The notes under the pieces: generated by a model
Databases searched by the model: none
Told to the model about the DNA's origin: nothing
Seen by the model: only the letters and a program-made list of their open reading frames with translations
Part shown: positions 48,904 to 59,092 of the stretch, piece by piece
How the letters are laid out: each line of letters starts with the position of its first letter
Numbering within the stretch: the stretch's first letter is position 1
Position numbers and translations under genes: made by a program
DNA from: Candidatus Heimdallarchaeota archaeon
GTDB lineage: Archaea > Asgardarchaeota > Heimdallarchaeia > Hodarchaeales > Hodarchaeaceae
Assembly: GCA_019057635.1 (NCBI GenBank)
Contig: DXJL01000156.1
Span: 64,146-128,145, forward strand
Direction: 5' to 3'
DNA: 64,000 nt

Positions 48904-51303
48904 ATGAGTCTGGGACTCGAATCATTAGATTTAGATAATCAGGAAAGTAAACTTTACATAATCTTGTTAGCAAACGGTCCACAAAGCTTAGGTGAACTGA
49001 TTAAGAATACTGAGTTTTCCTCGGCCGAGATAACTAAAGCGTTGGAAGGGTTGAAGAAAAAAGAATATGCCTTCGATATCCCTGGTATCAACATGAGATA
49101 TCACGCAATTTTACCCTTTAAAGATTTGAAAACGGCAGGAGAAAAGACAATTGCTGAAATAGAAGCTCTTGCTGCACAAATAGGGGAGCATGTTGCAAAA
49201 AAAATGGATATCATTCTTTCTACAATGCGTGATGAGTCTGAGCGGATGAAAACAACCATAACCAGTGCTCAATCATCAATTAATCAGTCTGATACACAAT
49301 CCCAAACAGAAATTGAGGAACTAACAGCAAAAGCAGTTCTCGAAATAGAACAAATTAATGGTGAAAGCATCAAAAATATGGGTGAAATTATTAAGAAAAA
49401 GGAATCAGAACATCAGGAATTGTTATCTGGAATTGGATCAGCATTTGAACAGAAAGCAGGAATGTTTCAAAATAAATACCAAGAAACAAATGCTATGCTA
49501 GAAAATGAATACAGTGAGGGACTAGATATCTTAAAAACTGCAGAAACTGATCGAGATGCAAATTTAAAGGAATCAGTTGAGGGACTATCTATAGGAACAA
49601 GAGCTAAACTAAGTCAGGGCTTTGAAGAAGTTCACACTTCAATGAAGAATACTGGAGAAACATTGATTACATCAATAGATAAACAAGAGGAAAATTCTAC
49701 TAATTTTATTACAAGATCTTCCTCCGAGTTATCAAGTGTTGTAAGTGACACGAGTTCTAAGGGTAAGCAGGAAATTAAAGGTTCGCTGAAAACATACCAC
49801 GATAATTTAAGCCAAAACCTTGATTTAAAGAAGGAAGAAGCAGTTAATTTATTCCAAAGCTCACGTGATCAATTCACTAGTAAGACCCTAGATAATGCTC
49901 AAAACATTCAAGATTCGATCAATGATGTACTTAGTACAGCTCAAAATCAAATTTCAGAAATGATGCAGAAAATCAATGATTCTCTCAACGAGAAATTTAC
50001 CGAAGCAAAGTCTCAAGTTGATAATTCAATGGGGATTTATTCTGACTCTTTGAAGCAACAGGTTGATAGTGATTTTGAGAAAGTGACTTCTGATACAACT
50101 GGTACCTTAGCTGATCTTGTTCAAAACGCAAACAGTACCTATGAGAAAGCTGTTACTGAGATAGAATCTCATTATACTCAGTTTGAAACAGATTCAAATA
50201 CTAAGATAGATACGTTTAAAGAATCTTCACTTAGTGATTTGAAGCAATCAATTTCTTCCTTAAAAACCGAGGTTCAGAAGCAAATTTCGGACTTCATACA
50301 AACGATGAAACCCCAAGAATTATTCCTAAAAGATGAGTTAAATCGCTTCACATCCGAATTTTCAGATAGTCAGAGTCAATCTCTTTTACAATTCACTGAA
50401 ACCATTGATTCATTCAAAGTAGAAGTAACGAACAAAAATCAGGAGTTATCTTCTCTCATCCAAAGCGAGATGAGCGGATTAAAGCAAACTATCCAAGAAG
50501 GGATAACTGAGATGAACTCTTTAGTACACTCTTATGATGAAAAGTATGGAACTACTCTAATGGATGCAGCTACAAAAGCATCTGAAGGACTAATCTCAAT
50601 AACTCGTGGTCTACAGGAGAAAACTGTTGCTACCATTAATCACATGTCAAAATCTGCAGTCAATCAGTTAGGTGAAGTAAACCAGGTAATATCAGATGGT
50701 ATCCAAACAGAAATATCCACTTTGGAGAAAGAGCTATCCGATTATTCTGCTAAATTTCAAGAAGTTGCTAAAAAGAACGATGATGCCATGAAGAATTATC
50801 TTTTCTCCCTAGAAAAGCTTGCATCACTTGTTACTGACACCAAACATCCTCCAGTCCAAACAGCTCCAATTGTTTCAAAGGAAGCTAATTTGACTTATAT
50901 TCAAGGAATGTTTAATCGATTGAAAGGCGGTATAACTCTCTTGATTCCATTTGTAGAGGATATTCCAGTGGACCTCATTTTAGCCACGAAAAGTCATCAA
51001 CGAGTAAATTTGGTAACAATGATAGATCCTAATACGCATATTGACTTATTAAAGAAACTTTTACAGAAACCAAATGTAAGAGTTCGTCAAATCGACTCTC
51101 ATAAATTTGAGGGCGTAGAAGGGTATTTAGCTGCCGATCGTGATGCAGAAGAAGTACTTATTGGGGTTAAAGAAGATAATGGGGATACTATAGGAATCGC
51201 TAGCCAAGCAGATTCTTTTATCGTCTTGATGGGAAAAATTGTTTTGGGAGATTATTTTTTGGCAAGATCTACAGAAATTACTCGTGCTGAAGTAGGGGTG
51301 TAA
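48904..51303 (+). CDS. TrmB-like wHTH fused to coiled coil of about 550 aa and a C-terminal globular domain, 799 aa
   Basis: N-terminal …SKLYIILLANGPQSLGELIKNTEFSSAEITKALEGLKKKEYAF… (wHTH), followed by a long Ser/Thr/Gln/Glu-rich heptad region. It sits between scpA and the scpB paralogues on the opposite strand. Confidence 0.6.
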   Translation: MSLGLESLDLDNQESKLYIILLANGPQSLGELIKNTEFSSAEITKALEGLKKKEYAFDIPGINMRYHAILPFKDLKTAGEKTIAEIEALAAQIGEHVAKKMDIILSTMRDESERMKTTITSAQSSINQSDTQSQTEIEELTAKAVLEIEQINGESIKNMGEIIKKKESEHQELLSGIGSAFEQKAGMFQNKYQETNAMLENEYSEGLDILKTAETDRDANLKESVEGLSIGTRAKLSQGFEEVHTSMKNTGETLITSIDKQEENSTNFITRSSSELSSVVSDTSSKGKQEIKGSLKTYHDNLSQNLDLKKEEAVNLFQSSRDQFTSKTLDNAQNIQDSINDVLSTAQNQISEMMQKINDSLNEKFTEAKSQVDNSMGIYSDSLKQQVDSDFEKVTSDTTGTLADLVQNANSTYEKAVTEIESHYTQFETDSNTKIDTFKESSLSDLKQSISSLKTEVQKQISDFIQTMKPQELFLKDELNRFTSEFSDSQSQSLLQFTETIDSFKVEVTNKNQELSSLIQSEMSGLKQTIQEGITEMNSLVHSYDEKYGTTLMDAATKASEGLISITRGLQEKTVATINHMSKSAVNQLGEVNQVISDGIQTEISTLEKELSDYSAKFQEVAKKNDDAMKNYLFSLEKLASLVTDTKHPPVQTAPIVSKEANLTYIQGMFNRLKGGITLLIPFVEDIPVDLILATKSHQRVNLVTMIDPNTHIDLLKKLLQKPNVRVRQIDSHKFEGVEGYLAADRDAEEVLIGVKEDNGDTIGIASQADSFIVLMGKIVLGDYFLARSTEITRAEVGV

Positions 51304-51307
51304 GCTC

Positions 51308-52168
51308 CTACTGCTCTTTTTTTCTTTTTCCAATAACCTTGATGTAAATTTCATAAGGTGGATTTAGTTCCTGTTCAGCGGTTATCGATTCATCGCGGAA
51401 TAAATATAACAGGGATATTAGAACTCTTGCCCGAGTTAACCGTTTTTGCTCTTCTGAACCATCTTTTGTTTCCATTCCCCTAACCAACTTAGTAAATTCA
51501 GCCTCGTCATTTTTATCTCGTTTAGCAAGGGTTTGAATCACTTCAAATGTTCGATTGACAATATCTTCAATCGCTACCCGGTCTAAATCTAATTCATAAT
51601 CAAAGCTCTCAAAGTCAGAAATTACTAATTTTCGTCTTTTACGTATTTCTTCCCCAGATCCCCTTTGTTTCCTCTTTTCTTCTTTAATCCTTTCAATTTT
51701 AAGCTTTTCATCCTCCTCTTGCAGACCTAATAATAATTCCGCGTAGAACTCATCTGGATTAGCACTTTCTGCAAGTGATAATAATTCTCTCGTAATATAA
51801 TATGGTAAGGGAATTTTAAACTGAAAAGCTCGTCTTTTTGTTCTTACAGAAATTTTTTCTTCTTGTTTTTTTTCGTATTGGATAGCTAGACTTACTTTCT
51901 TCTTATGAATTCGTGCAGCAGAATAGATGGCTTGCCCCAGAATACGAAAATCTAATCCTTGGTCCAATAATTTACGATAAAACTCAGGAAGAATTTCCTT
52001 TAGTTTGAATTCCTTGATGTAAGCAACTCTTTCAGGAAATAGATCTGGATTTATTAAATAAACAAAGGGTTCTTCCAAGAAAAATTGTTCACTATGGCTA
52101 AAAAGCCTGATGTACTCGTCTTCAGTATCAGAAGATTCTTCATCTTGAATGTTTTCAGGTTCAGCCAT
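51308..52168 (-). CDS. scpA: ScpA (kleisin) condensin subunit
   Basis: Size of 286 aa and a position immediately downstream of smc. N-terminal helical region and a C-terminal winged-helix-like …RARVLISLLYLFRDESITAEQELNPPYEIYIKV…. Confidence 0.65.
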   Translation of the reverse strand: MAEPENIQDEESSDTEDEYIRLFSHSEQFFLEEPFVYLINPDLFPERVAYIKEFKLKEILPEFYRKLLDQGLDFRILGQAIYSAARIHKKKVSLAIQYEKKQEEKISVRTKRRAFQFKIPLPYYITRELLSLAESANPDEFYAELLLGLQEEDEKLKIERIKEEKRKQRGSGEEIRKRRKLVISDFESFDYELDLDRVAIEDIVNRTFEVIQTLAKRDKNDEAEFTKLVRGMETKDGSEEQKRLTRARVLISLLYLFRDESITAEQELNPPYEIYIKVIGKRKKEQ

Positions 52169-52208
52169 AGTAAAATCCGCTTGTTCTTGTTAATTTGATA
52201 AACTATGA

Positions 52209-55200
52209 TTAAAATGTTTGATCTCTTTCTAATTGTTGATCTTCACTCATTTGTATAGAGAAGACAGAACTTAATCCTTTTACATTTGTGCAACCGTATA
52301 ATCTATCTGCCCAGGCCATCAAAATATCACGATGACTTATGACAAGAAATTGTGCTGCAGGTGATGCTGATTTCCTTGATTTTTTGCCATTCTCCTCTGT
52401 TCCATCCCTTCCTACGCTACGAGACATCTTATACAACAATTTCGCTACTCTCCTTACATTCATTGGATCAAGGGCGGCATCAATTTCATCTAGGATATAG
52501 AATGGTTGTGCATCAACGGTTTGAACCGCAAAAATAAATGCTAATGCAGTTAGTGCCTTCTCTCCACCAGACATGCTTTCTAAAGAAGCAACTTTTTTAC
52601 CTGCAGGGTGTGCTTCAATAAAAAGACCTCCTTCAAAAATATCTTCCCCCTTCTTGGGATCTTTTTCAAGAATAAGCCGTGCGTCTCCTCCAGAGAGCTC
52701 ATTGAATATCTGGCCAAAATGTCTATTTACAGATTTGTAAACTTTCATGAATACTGAATATTTTTCTGTTTCAATCTCTTCTATGAAGTCTAGGATTACT
52801 TGTCGTTCCTCAATTAATATATCTCTACGATCCAGCAATTCCATATATCTCGAATTTTCAGATTGAAATTCCTTCAAAGCGCGCATATTGACTGGTTCTA
52901 ATCGTTTTTTCTCATCCGACTTACGATTTATTTCTGATTTGATCTTAGATTCATTTATTTTTTCTAATTCCTCTGCATCTGCAGGAATGATCTCAATCTG
53001 TGCCTCAAATGCTTCACTTTGTAATTTTTCCGTTTCTACAGCGATTCTTTCCCGTTGTAATTTTATATCGGTAACCTTTTCTTCATCTTTCGCAATCTTT
53101 TCGTTTAATCGATCTTTATCTTTAATCAGTTGTCCTTGATACTTCTTTTGAGTTGATAGATCAGATTTATAATCCTTTATTTCTGTTAGAAGAGTTTCTT
53201 CATTTTCTAAGATCTTTTCTAAATCTGAATTGAATTGTTCTACCTGTTCAACTAGTACTTGAATTTCTCCTTCCAAATTTGCTGTTTCAACCTTAATTGT
53301 ATTAATTTCATTCTTCGTTTCTGATAATCGGGCTGTTCTTTCCTCTTTTTGGGTCTCAAGGCTATCAATTCGTGAATCTATACCACTTAATTGGCCCTGT
53401 GATTTTCCCAACCTCTGTTCAATTTGATTCATTTTTTCTAACAAAGGCCGTGTATCTGCCGCCTCAAGCTGTTCTTCAATATTTTTTGCCTCCTCCCCGA
53501 TGACTTCAAGATTCTGCTCGTGGTGCTCCATCTCTCGTTTTTGTTTATCTCGATCAATGTGGCGTTCTTCGAGCTTTTGTTTTAATGGGGCAAGTTCACC
53601 TTCAATACTTTGCTGATTTTCACCATATAGTTTAATTTCACTTTCTTGTTGACTTAATTGAAGTGTGGCTCCCTGTATGCTTTTTTGTAATTTTTCTATC
53701 GAAGAAACAATTACTTTCTCTATTCCTAGGAGTTTTTTCTGATTCTCCTTTGCTTGGGATAAATCAGACTTATTTTCACCAAGTTTGGTAGTAATTTGTT
53801 CCATCTCTATTTGTAAAGAATCTACAGAGGCTTGAGCAGATAATAGATGAAATCCTCCAAATATTATTCCATTTGAGTAAAAAATATCACCATCAGCAGT
53901 AGAGAGAGTTGAACCTTGTTTTTTCCAAAGATTGGCAGCTTCTGCTAAAGTAGAAACGACTTGATTTTGCTCTCGGATTTTTTTAACAATATTTGAGAAA
54001 TCATCAGTATATTTCAGTTTAAATTTCTCAAGAGGGATAAAATTTGCAGCGCCTATTGAATGTTCTTTCAAGAGATTAATACACTGTAAGCTAGAGTCAA
54101 TGGTATCAGTTATAATAGCATCAGAAAGATGTCCCACCTCAGGGGGAAGATTATTACCTTCTTCAGATAAATTTTGAAATTCACCAAGAATTCCCGATAT
54201 GGTTCCCTCGTTTTTCTTTCCACTTATGTAGGATACCGCTGGGTTTTCTTTTCCTGCTTCCGATTTAACAAATGATGAAATTGTTTCAATTTTCGCTTTT
54301 AGAACTAATTGTTTATCACTTAGTTCTCTTACATGACCATCAATTTCTTCAATCTGTCTTTCTAAATTCTCTTTTTTAGTTTTGATTTCTTCTAGTTTTG
54401 CAGAAGCTTCGGTTTGTTGAGTGTTTTCTTCTTCTATTTGGATTTTCAGTTCTTTAGCCTTCATTCCAGCCGAACTGATTAGTGCTTCCGCTTCTGATTG
54501 CCGTCGTTGATATTCATCAACATTATTCTGAAAAGCATTAACCATATTTTGAGATACTTCAAACGAAACCTGAGTTTTGGTTAATCGATCACCTTCAATT
54601 TTTTTGCGTCTTTCCGCATCCTCAAATTCTGCTTTTATCTCATCATACTCTTGATTTTTTAATTCTAGTTCTTCTTCAAGTGAAGTACGATCATTTTGGA
54701 TTTGTTCTATCCGTTCAACTAATTCTTCTTTTTTACCTGTCAACTCTTCCTTGGTTTGACTATCATCCAGAATTTTCTTTTGAATTTCTTCAGAGCGTGA
54801 TTCTAATTGTTTTACTCGATTTTCATTAGATTTTATTGTTTTCTTGTTATATTCCCTTTTTTCTTGAACTTTTGTTTTCTCAATATTTTTTTCCTCAGCT
54901 GACGATCGAATTTCTTTCAGAGAAGTCTCCACACGAATTAAAGAGTCTTCTAGCGTTCTGATTTTCTCAGTAACTTCTTCAACATTTGTATCGATTTGCG
55001 ACCGCTCTGATACAACATTTTCTTGACTGCTACGAATAGTAGCGATTTCTTCATCAAATTTTGTTAAAGCACGATTGTTATTATGATAGGAATAGGATAT
55101 TAAAAGAGCTTTCATATTTAAAATTTCGGTGTCTAATTGACTCCACCGTTCCGCATCTTCTTTTTCTTTCCGTAATAATTCAACACGTTTAGCAACTTCA

Positions 55201-55796
55201 TTTACTAGAAGCTGTAACTCAGCCATTCTTTTATTCGCTTCTTCGAGCTCTGAAAGGGCAGAATGCTTTTTTTTATCAAACTGTCCCACCCCTGCGAGAT
55301 TTTCCATCATTTGTCGACGTTCGATAGGGTTCATTCCTACTATTTCGCCAACTTGGCCTTGAGCTATTATATTATAGCTATTTACGACATCTATGCCCGC
55401 GATTCTTAGTTTATCCAAAATATCTGTTCGTGTTGTTCGTTTCCCATTCAATCTGTACGTGCCTGATCCATTTGTTTTTAGTTCACGGCTTACAATTACT
55501 TCTGATTCTTTAATAGGAATGGCATAATCACTATTGTCAAAGACAATTTCAACAAATGCCTTTTCTGACTTTTTTTTGCCCCCGATTCCATTATAGATGA
55601 GGCCCACCATCTTATCTGCCCGCATACTTTTTTTGGACAGAGCTCCAAGACAGAAATTAACCGCATCAATCGCATTAGATTTTCCACTCCCGTTTGGCCC
55701 AACAATTACAGTAAATCCTTTGGCAAGGGGCATTCGGATAGTACCAGGTCCATATGATTTCCAACCGGTCATCCTAATTTCTTTGATATGTACCAA
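52209..55796 (-). CDS. smc: Chromosome segregation protein SMC
   Basis: N-terminal Walker A …FKSYGPGT…IVGPNGSGKSNAIDAVNFCLG…. Hinge …GILGEF…. C-terminal signature/Walker B …LSGGEKALTALAFIFAVQ…FYILDEIDAALD…. Length 1195 aa. Confidence 0.95.
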   Translation of the reverse strand: MVHIKEIRMTGWKSYGPGTIRMPLAKGFTVIVGPNGSGKSNAIDAVNFCLGALSKKSMRADKMVGLIYNGIGGKKKSEKAFVEIVFDNSDYAIPIKESEVIVSRELKTNGSGTYRLNGKRTTRTDILDKLRIAGIDVVNSYNIIAQGQVGEIVGMNPIERRQMMENLAGVGQFDKKKHSALSELEEANKRMAELQLLVNEVAKRVELLRKEKEDAERWSQLDTEILNMKALLISYSYHNNNRALTKFDEEIATIRSSQENVVSERSQIDTNVEEVTEKIRTLEDSLIRVETSLKEIRSSAEEKNIEKTKVQEKREYNKKTIKSNENRVKQLESRSEEIQKKILDDSQTKEELTGKKEELVERIEQIQNDRTSLEEELELKNQEYDEIKAEFEDAERRKKIEGDRLTKTQVSFEVSQNMVNAFQNNVDEYQRRQSEAEALISSAGMKAKELKIQIEEENTQQTEASAKLEEIKTKKENLERQIEEIDGHVRELSDKQLVLKAKIETISSFVKSEAGKENPAVSYISGKKNEGTISGILGEFQNLSEEGNNLPPEVGHLSDAIITDTIDSSLQCINLLKEHSIGAANFIPLEKFKLKYTDDFSNIVKKIREQNQVVSTLAEAANLWKKQGSTLSTADGDIFYSNGIIFGGFHLLSAQASVDSLQIEMEQITTKLGENKSDLSQAKENQKKLLGIEKVIVSSIEKLQKSIQGATLQLSQQESEIKLYGENQQSIEGELAPLKQKLEERHIDRDKQKREMEHHEQNLEVIGEEAKNIEEQLEAADTRPLLEKMNQIEQRLGKSQGQLSGIDSRIDSLETQKEERTARLSETKNEINTIKVETANLEGEIQVLVEQVEQFNSDLEKILENEETLLTEIKDYKSDLSTQKKYQGQLIKDKDRLNEKIAKDEEKVTDIKLQRERIAVETEKLQSEAFEAQIEIIPADAEELEKINESKIKSEINRKSDEKKRLEPVNMRALKEFQSENSRYMELLDRRDILIEERQVILDFIEEIETEKYSVFMKVYKSVNRHFGQIFNELSGGDARLILEKDPKKGEDIFEGGLFIEAHPAGKKVASLESMSGGEKALTALAFIFAVQTVDAQPFYILDEIDAALDPMNVRRVAKLLYKMSRSVGRDGTEENGKKSRKSASPAAQFLVISHRDILMAWADRLYGCTNVKGLSSVFSIQMSEDQQLERDQTF

Positions 55797-56109
55797 ATGT
55801 CGGGCCCCTATTAAGAGACTAAAAGAAGTGCAATATTTGCAGATTGATTACTTGAATTAAAGCCCTTCCTAATAGAACTTCATTCTTTTCAAGGTCTTTG
55901 ATTGAAATGTCTATTAAAAAGGTATTCAAATGAGTCATTACTCGTTCTATGGATAACAGTAGAATCATTGAAATGAAAGTTATTTTTTAAAGGTTCTTTG
56001 AAAGAAAACAAACGTAAAAAGTTCATAACAAATGGATACTTTCATATAATGTATATACAGATATCCAGAATTATATTGGTAGAAGTATGGCGATATTCCC
56101 ATCCGTTTC

Positions 56110-56679
56110 TCAAAATTTCCAAGCTTTTCCCTTTTTTTCCCTCTCTACAAGTAAAATACCTAGATGAGAAAAGGGTGAACTAAGTCCCTCTCCAGATTTA
56201 GCTGAACAAAGATAATATCCAGATAATCCATAATCTTTAACAAAATTCTCTGCGGCATCAGCTATCAATTTTCTTTTATCTTCCTCTACTGTATCTATCT
56301 TATTTCCCAACAGAATTATCGGGAGATCAGAATCATTGTGGGTTTTCATCATATTAAGCCATTCAGGGATTTCTGAAAGAGTTTGAATCCGTGAAGTGTC
56401 AAATGCGACAACACCACCCGAGGATCCTTGACAGTAACCAGGAAAAAGTGATTTAAAACGATTTTCTCCCGCGTAATCCCAATAGGCTATTCTGAGTATT
56501 GTTTCGCCCACTTCATGATCTAAAACCAGAAAGTTCACTCCAATGGTACTTATTGCAGGAATATAGTTATTTGTTTCAAGACGTTTGAGTAAGGTAGTTT
56601 TTCCCACACCACCAGGACCTGCCACCACAACTTTAACAGTTAAAACATCTGGGGTAAATTGAAACTTACTGCTGGCCAT
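56110..56679 (-). CDS. Small GTPase (Ras/Rab-like)
   Basis: G1 GPGGVGKTT, G3 WDYAGE, G4 GNKIDT, G5 CSAKSG. Confidence 0.85.
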   Translation of the reverse strand: MASSKFQFTPDVLTVKVVVAGPGGVGKTTLLKRLETNNYIPAISTIGVNFLVLDHEVGETILRIAYWDYAGENRFKSLFPGYCQGSSGGVVAFDTSRIQTLSEIPEWLNMMKTHNDSDLPIILLGNKIDTVEEDKRKLIADAAENFVKDYGLSGYYLCSAKSGEGLSSPFSHLGILLVEREKKGKAWKF

Positions 56680-56703
56680 ATGTCAGTCATTTCCAAGTAA
56701 TGA

Positions 56704-57228
56704 TTACTCTTTGTTTTTCTGTTTCTCTAGAATACGAGTCACAAGTCTATGAAGGAGCTCTTGGGTGTTTTTTCCTGTGATTGCACTAGTTGTAAAATAT
56801 TCATCAATATTGTGCTGATTTCTGAATTCATTAATCTCAACAGGTGAAATAGACACACCAAGGTCGGCTTTTGTAGAGACTAGGAAATTTGTACTCTCTG
56901 TTTCCCTACCATATACCTGTATCCATTCATGGAGGGCATTAAAAGTTTGTTCTCGTGAGGGATCAAATGCGAGTATTAGTCCGTCGCAATCAGAGGAGTA
57001 TTGTGGAAAAATCGTCTGAAAACGCGGCTCTCCACCGAAATCAAATAGGTGAACGTCGATATTATCACCATTATCCAATGAAATACTTTTGACGGTAAAA
57101 TCAAATCCTACAGTGGAGTAAAGGTCTTTTAAAGGGAATTTTTCATGCATAAATCGATGTACAAGTGAGGATTTTCCCACGCGTTTTTCTCCTGCGATTA
57201 CCACTTTAACTGATTTATTCTGTGACAC
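56704..57228 (-). CDS. Small GTPase (Ras/Arf-like) with variant G4
   Basis: G1 GEKRVGKSS. G3 FDFGGE. G4 is TKAD in place of NKxD. G5 TSAITG. Confidence 0.8.
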   Translation of the reverse strand: MSQNKSVKVVIAGEKRVGKSSLVHRFMHEKFPLKDLYSTVGFDFTVKSISLDNGDNIDVHLFDFGGEPRFQTIFPQYSSDCDGLILAFDPSREQTFNALHEWIQVYGRETESTNFLVSTKADLGVSISPVEINEFRNQHNIDEYFTTSAITGKNTQELLHRLVTRILEKQKNKE

Positions 57229-57397
57229 CCAGTATTCCCATTCCGAAGATAAACTCTTTTTAGTTAAGTATCGTGTTTTGAGTTAATTATCTACAATTAA
57301 GTAAATTAGTGAAGTTTCATTTAAATCTTCTTAATTGGCCTTTTTCAGATAACCATTCATTCTGCCAGACGGGTTTTCCTTCATACTTTAGATCCAA

Positions 57398-58591
57398 TCA
57401 GGATACTTCATCTGGATTTAGATTATCGGAGTTTCCTTGGTTTTTATTTTCAACGATTGAAGATAATTCATTTGGTAAATGGATTTCTGCGGTTTTTATG
57501 AGCATAGAAAGTTCTTCAGCATGCAAAGCTACAGTTGAGAGTAACGAAAAGACCGCTTCATACTTTTCATTTACTTTTCGATCAATTACAGCCTGAACTT
57601 CACTTTGGATTCGTTCCAGTTCTTCTTTATATGTTTGCATACTCTGAGATTGAGATTCAATTATTGTTTCGTATTCTTTCATCGAATTTTGCAGGTATTG
57701 GGTAATCTCTTCTCTTGAACGTGACTTCTGGGTTTGAATTTCTTCACTGAAGCTAGCAAATGCCTGTTGAAGATCATCACCAACTTTTTTTCTTGTATAG
57801 TGTTCCGATACTTCATTCAGAATTTGAATATCGGATTCTTTGAGATTTTGTGTTGTGAGGGTAATTTCAGTCCTAATATTTTCATTAAAACTTTCCAACA
57901 TTCGGGAAAAATTTTCAAAATGAGATTGCTGGTCCTTTTTTGATAAAGAAATAATTTCCTGGAGCTTTTCTTTAAAGCTTAAGAGACTCTCCCTCACATT
58001 ACTAAACGCCTCTGTATGAATTTGAGTAATATTAGTTAATGAGTCGACACTAGCTTCTAGTGTAGTTGTAGTTTTTGTGACTTCTTCGAATTTTGTTCGT
58101 ACTAGCTCTCCCAAAGCAGAAACAGATGATTGTAAATTAGATTCACTCTTTTCAAGACGCCCTGAAATTTCCGAAAACCCCTCCTTTACTTCAGCTGTAA
58201 GATTGTCTAATTTCTCTTCCTGTTCTTGCAGAGAACTATTTAAGTTCTCCTGGTCTTGTTTCTGTGAAGATATTTCGTCTTTGAAATTATTTTCTTGTGT
58301 TTCCATTGCCACGGTAAGAGTCAGTATTTCAGAGGAAAATTCTTCCTGCACATGCTTTATCTCTGAATTAAAATTATCATTAAAATCGCTCAATTTTTTA
58401 CCAAGTTCTATATCAAGATCCTGAGATTTTGATTCCCAATTGTTTATTTTAGACTTTAATTCTTCAATTGTTGCAGAATTCTTTTGCAAAAATGTTGTTA
58501 ACTCTAAAATCCTCTCGGCTAATTCTAGTTCTTCAGGATTTGAATATATATTCTCTTCTTCAGCCAATCTCAGTCTTCTCCTTAAAATCAT
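57398..58591 (-). CDS. Coiled-coil protein, 397 aa
   Basis: Glu/Lys/Gln/Ser-rich heptad repeats throughout. It lies upstream of the GTPase pair on the same strand. Confidence 0.55.
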   Translation of the reverse strand: MILRRRLRLAEEENIYSNPEELELAERILELTTFLQKNSATIEELKSKINNWESKSQDLDIELGKKLSDFNDNFNSEIKHVQEEFSSEILTLTVAMETQENNFKDEISSQKQDQENLNSSLQEQEEKLDNLTAEVKEGFSEISGRLEKSESNLQSSVSALGELVRTKFEEVTKTTTTLEASVDSLTNITQIHTEAFSNVRESLLSFKEKLQEIISLSKKDQQSHFENFSRMLESFNENIRTEITLTTQNLKESDIQILNEVSEHYTRKKVGDDLQQAFASFSEEIQTQKSRSREEITQYLQNSMKEYETIIESQSQSMQTYKEELERIQSEVQAVIDRKVNEKYEAVFSLLSTVALHAEELSMLIKTAEIHLPNELSSIVENKNQGNSDNLNPDEVS

Positions 58592-58994
58592 TTATTGAAT
58601 CTTCAAAGGATATTCTAATATCTTCAAGACGGTTAAATAATCGTGTTTCAATACTTTCTTGTAGGATGAAATCGTTAATTTGGACTTTTTCACGAATCAC
58701 TGGAGCAAAACGTTTCCAATGTGATTGAATCTCAGTTATATTTTTTAAATTTGAGACAATTAGAACTTTCAATTCTTCACTTAACATATTTACTAGGAGT
58801 CCATACCTTTCTCTACCAACTTGAATCTCTAAGAACCCCTCTTCAAGTGTAGGAATTCTCTTAATTGCCAGATAAAAATTTGGGTTTTCTTGAACCACAG
58901 GGAATAGCTCTCGAGGCGTTTGGATGAATATACCGGCAACAGAAAACCCTATAGCGAATTTGTCAAGTAGCTCTCGTAAGCTCATTAGAATCAC
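58560..58994 (-). CDS. Hypothetical protein, 144 aa (possible roadblock/LC7-like fold)
   Basis: Overlaps the coiled-coil gene by 32 nt. α/β patterning …FAIGFSVAGIFIQT…GLLVNMLSEELKVLIVSNL…. The fold call is weak. Confidence 0.4.
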   Translation of the reverse strand: MILMSLRELLDKFAIGFSVAGIFIQTPRELFPVVQENPNFYLAIKRIPTLEEGFLEIQVGRERYGLLVNMLSEELKVLIVSNLKNITEIQSHWKRFAPVIREKVQINDFILQESIETRLFNRLEDIRISFEDSINDFKEKTEIG

Positions 58995-59092
58995 AAGTAT
59001 AGATATTGATTATTAGACTCAGTATGATGAGGACTATTAAAATAATCGATATTCAAGAAAAGTAAAAAGCTCATAAAACTACGATTTTAACA

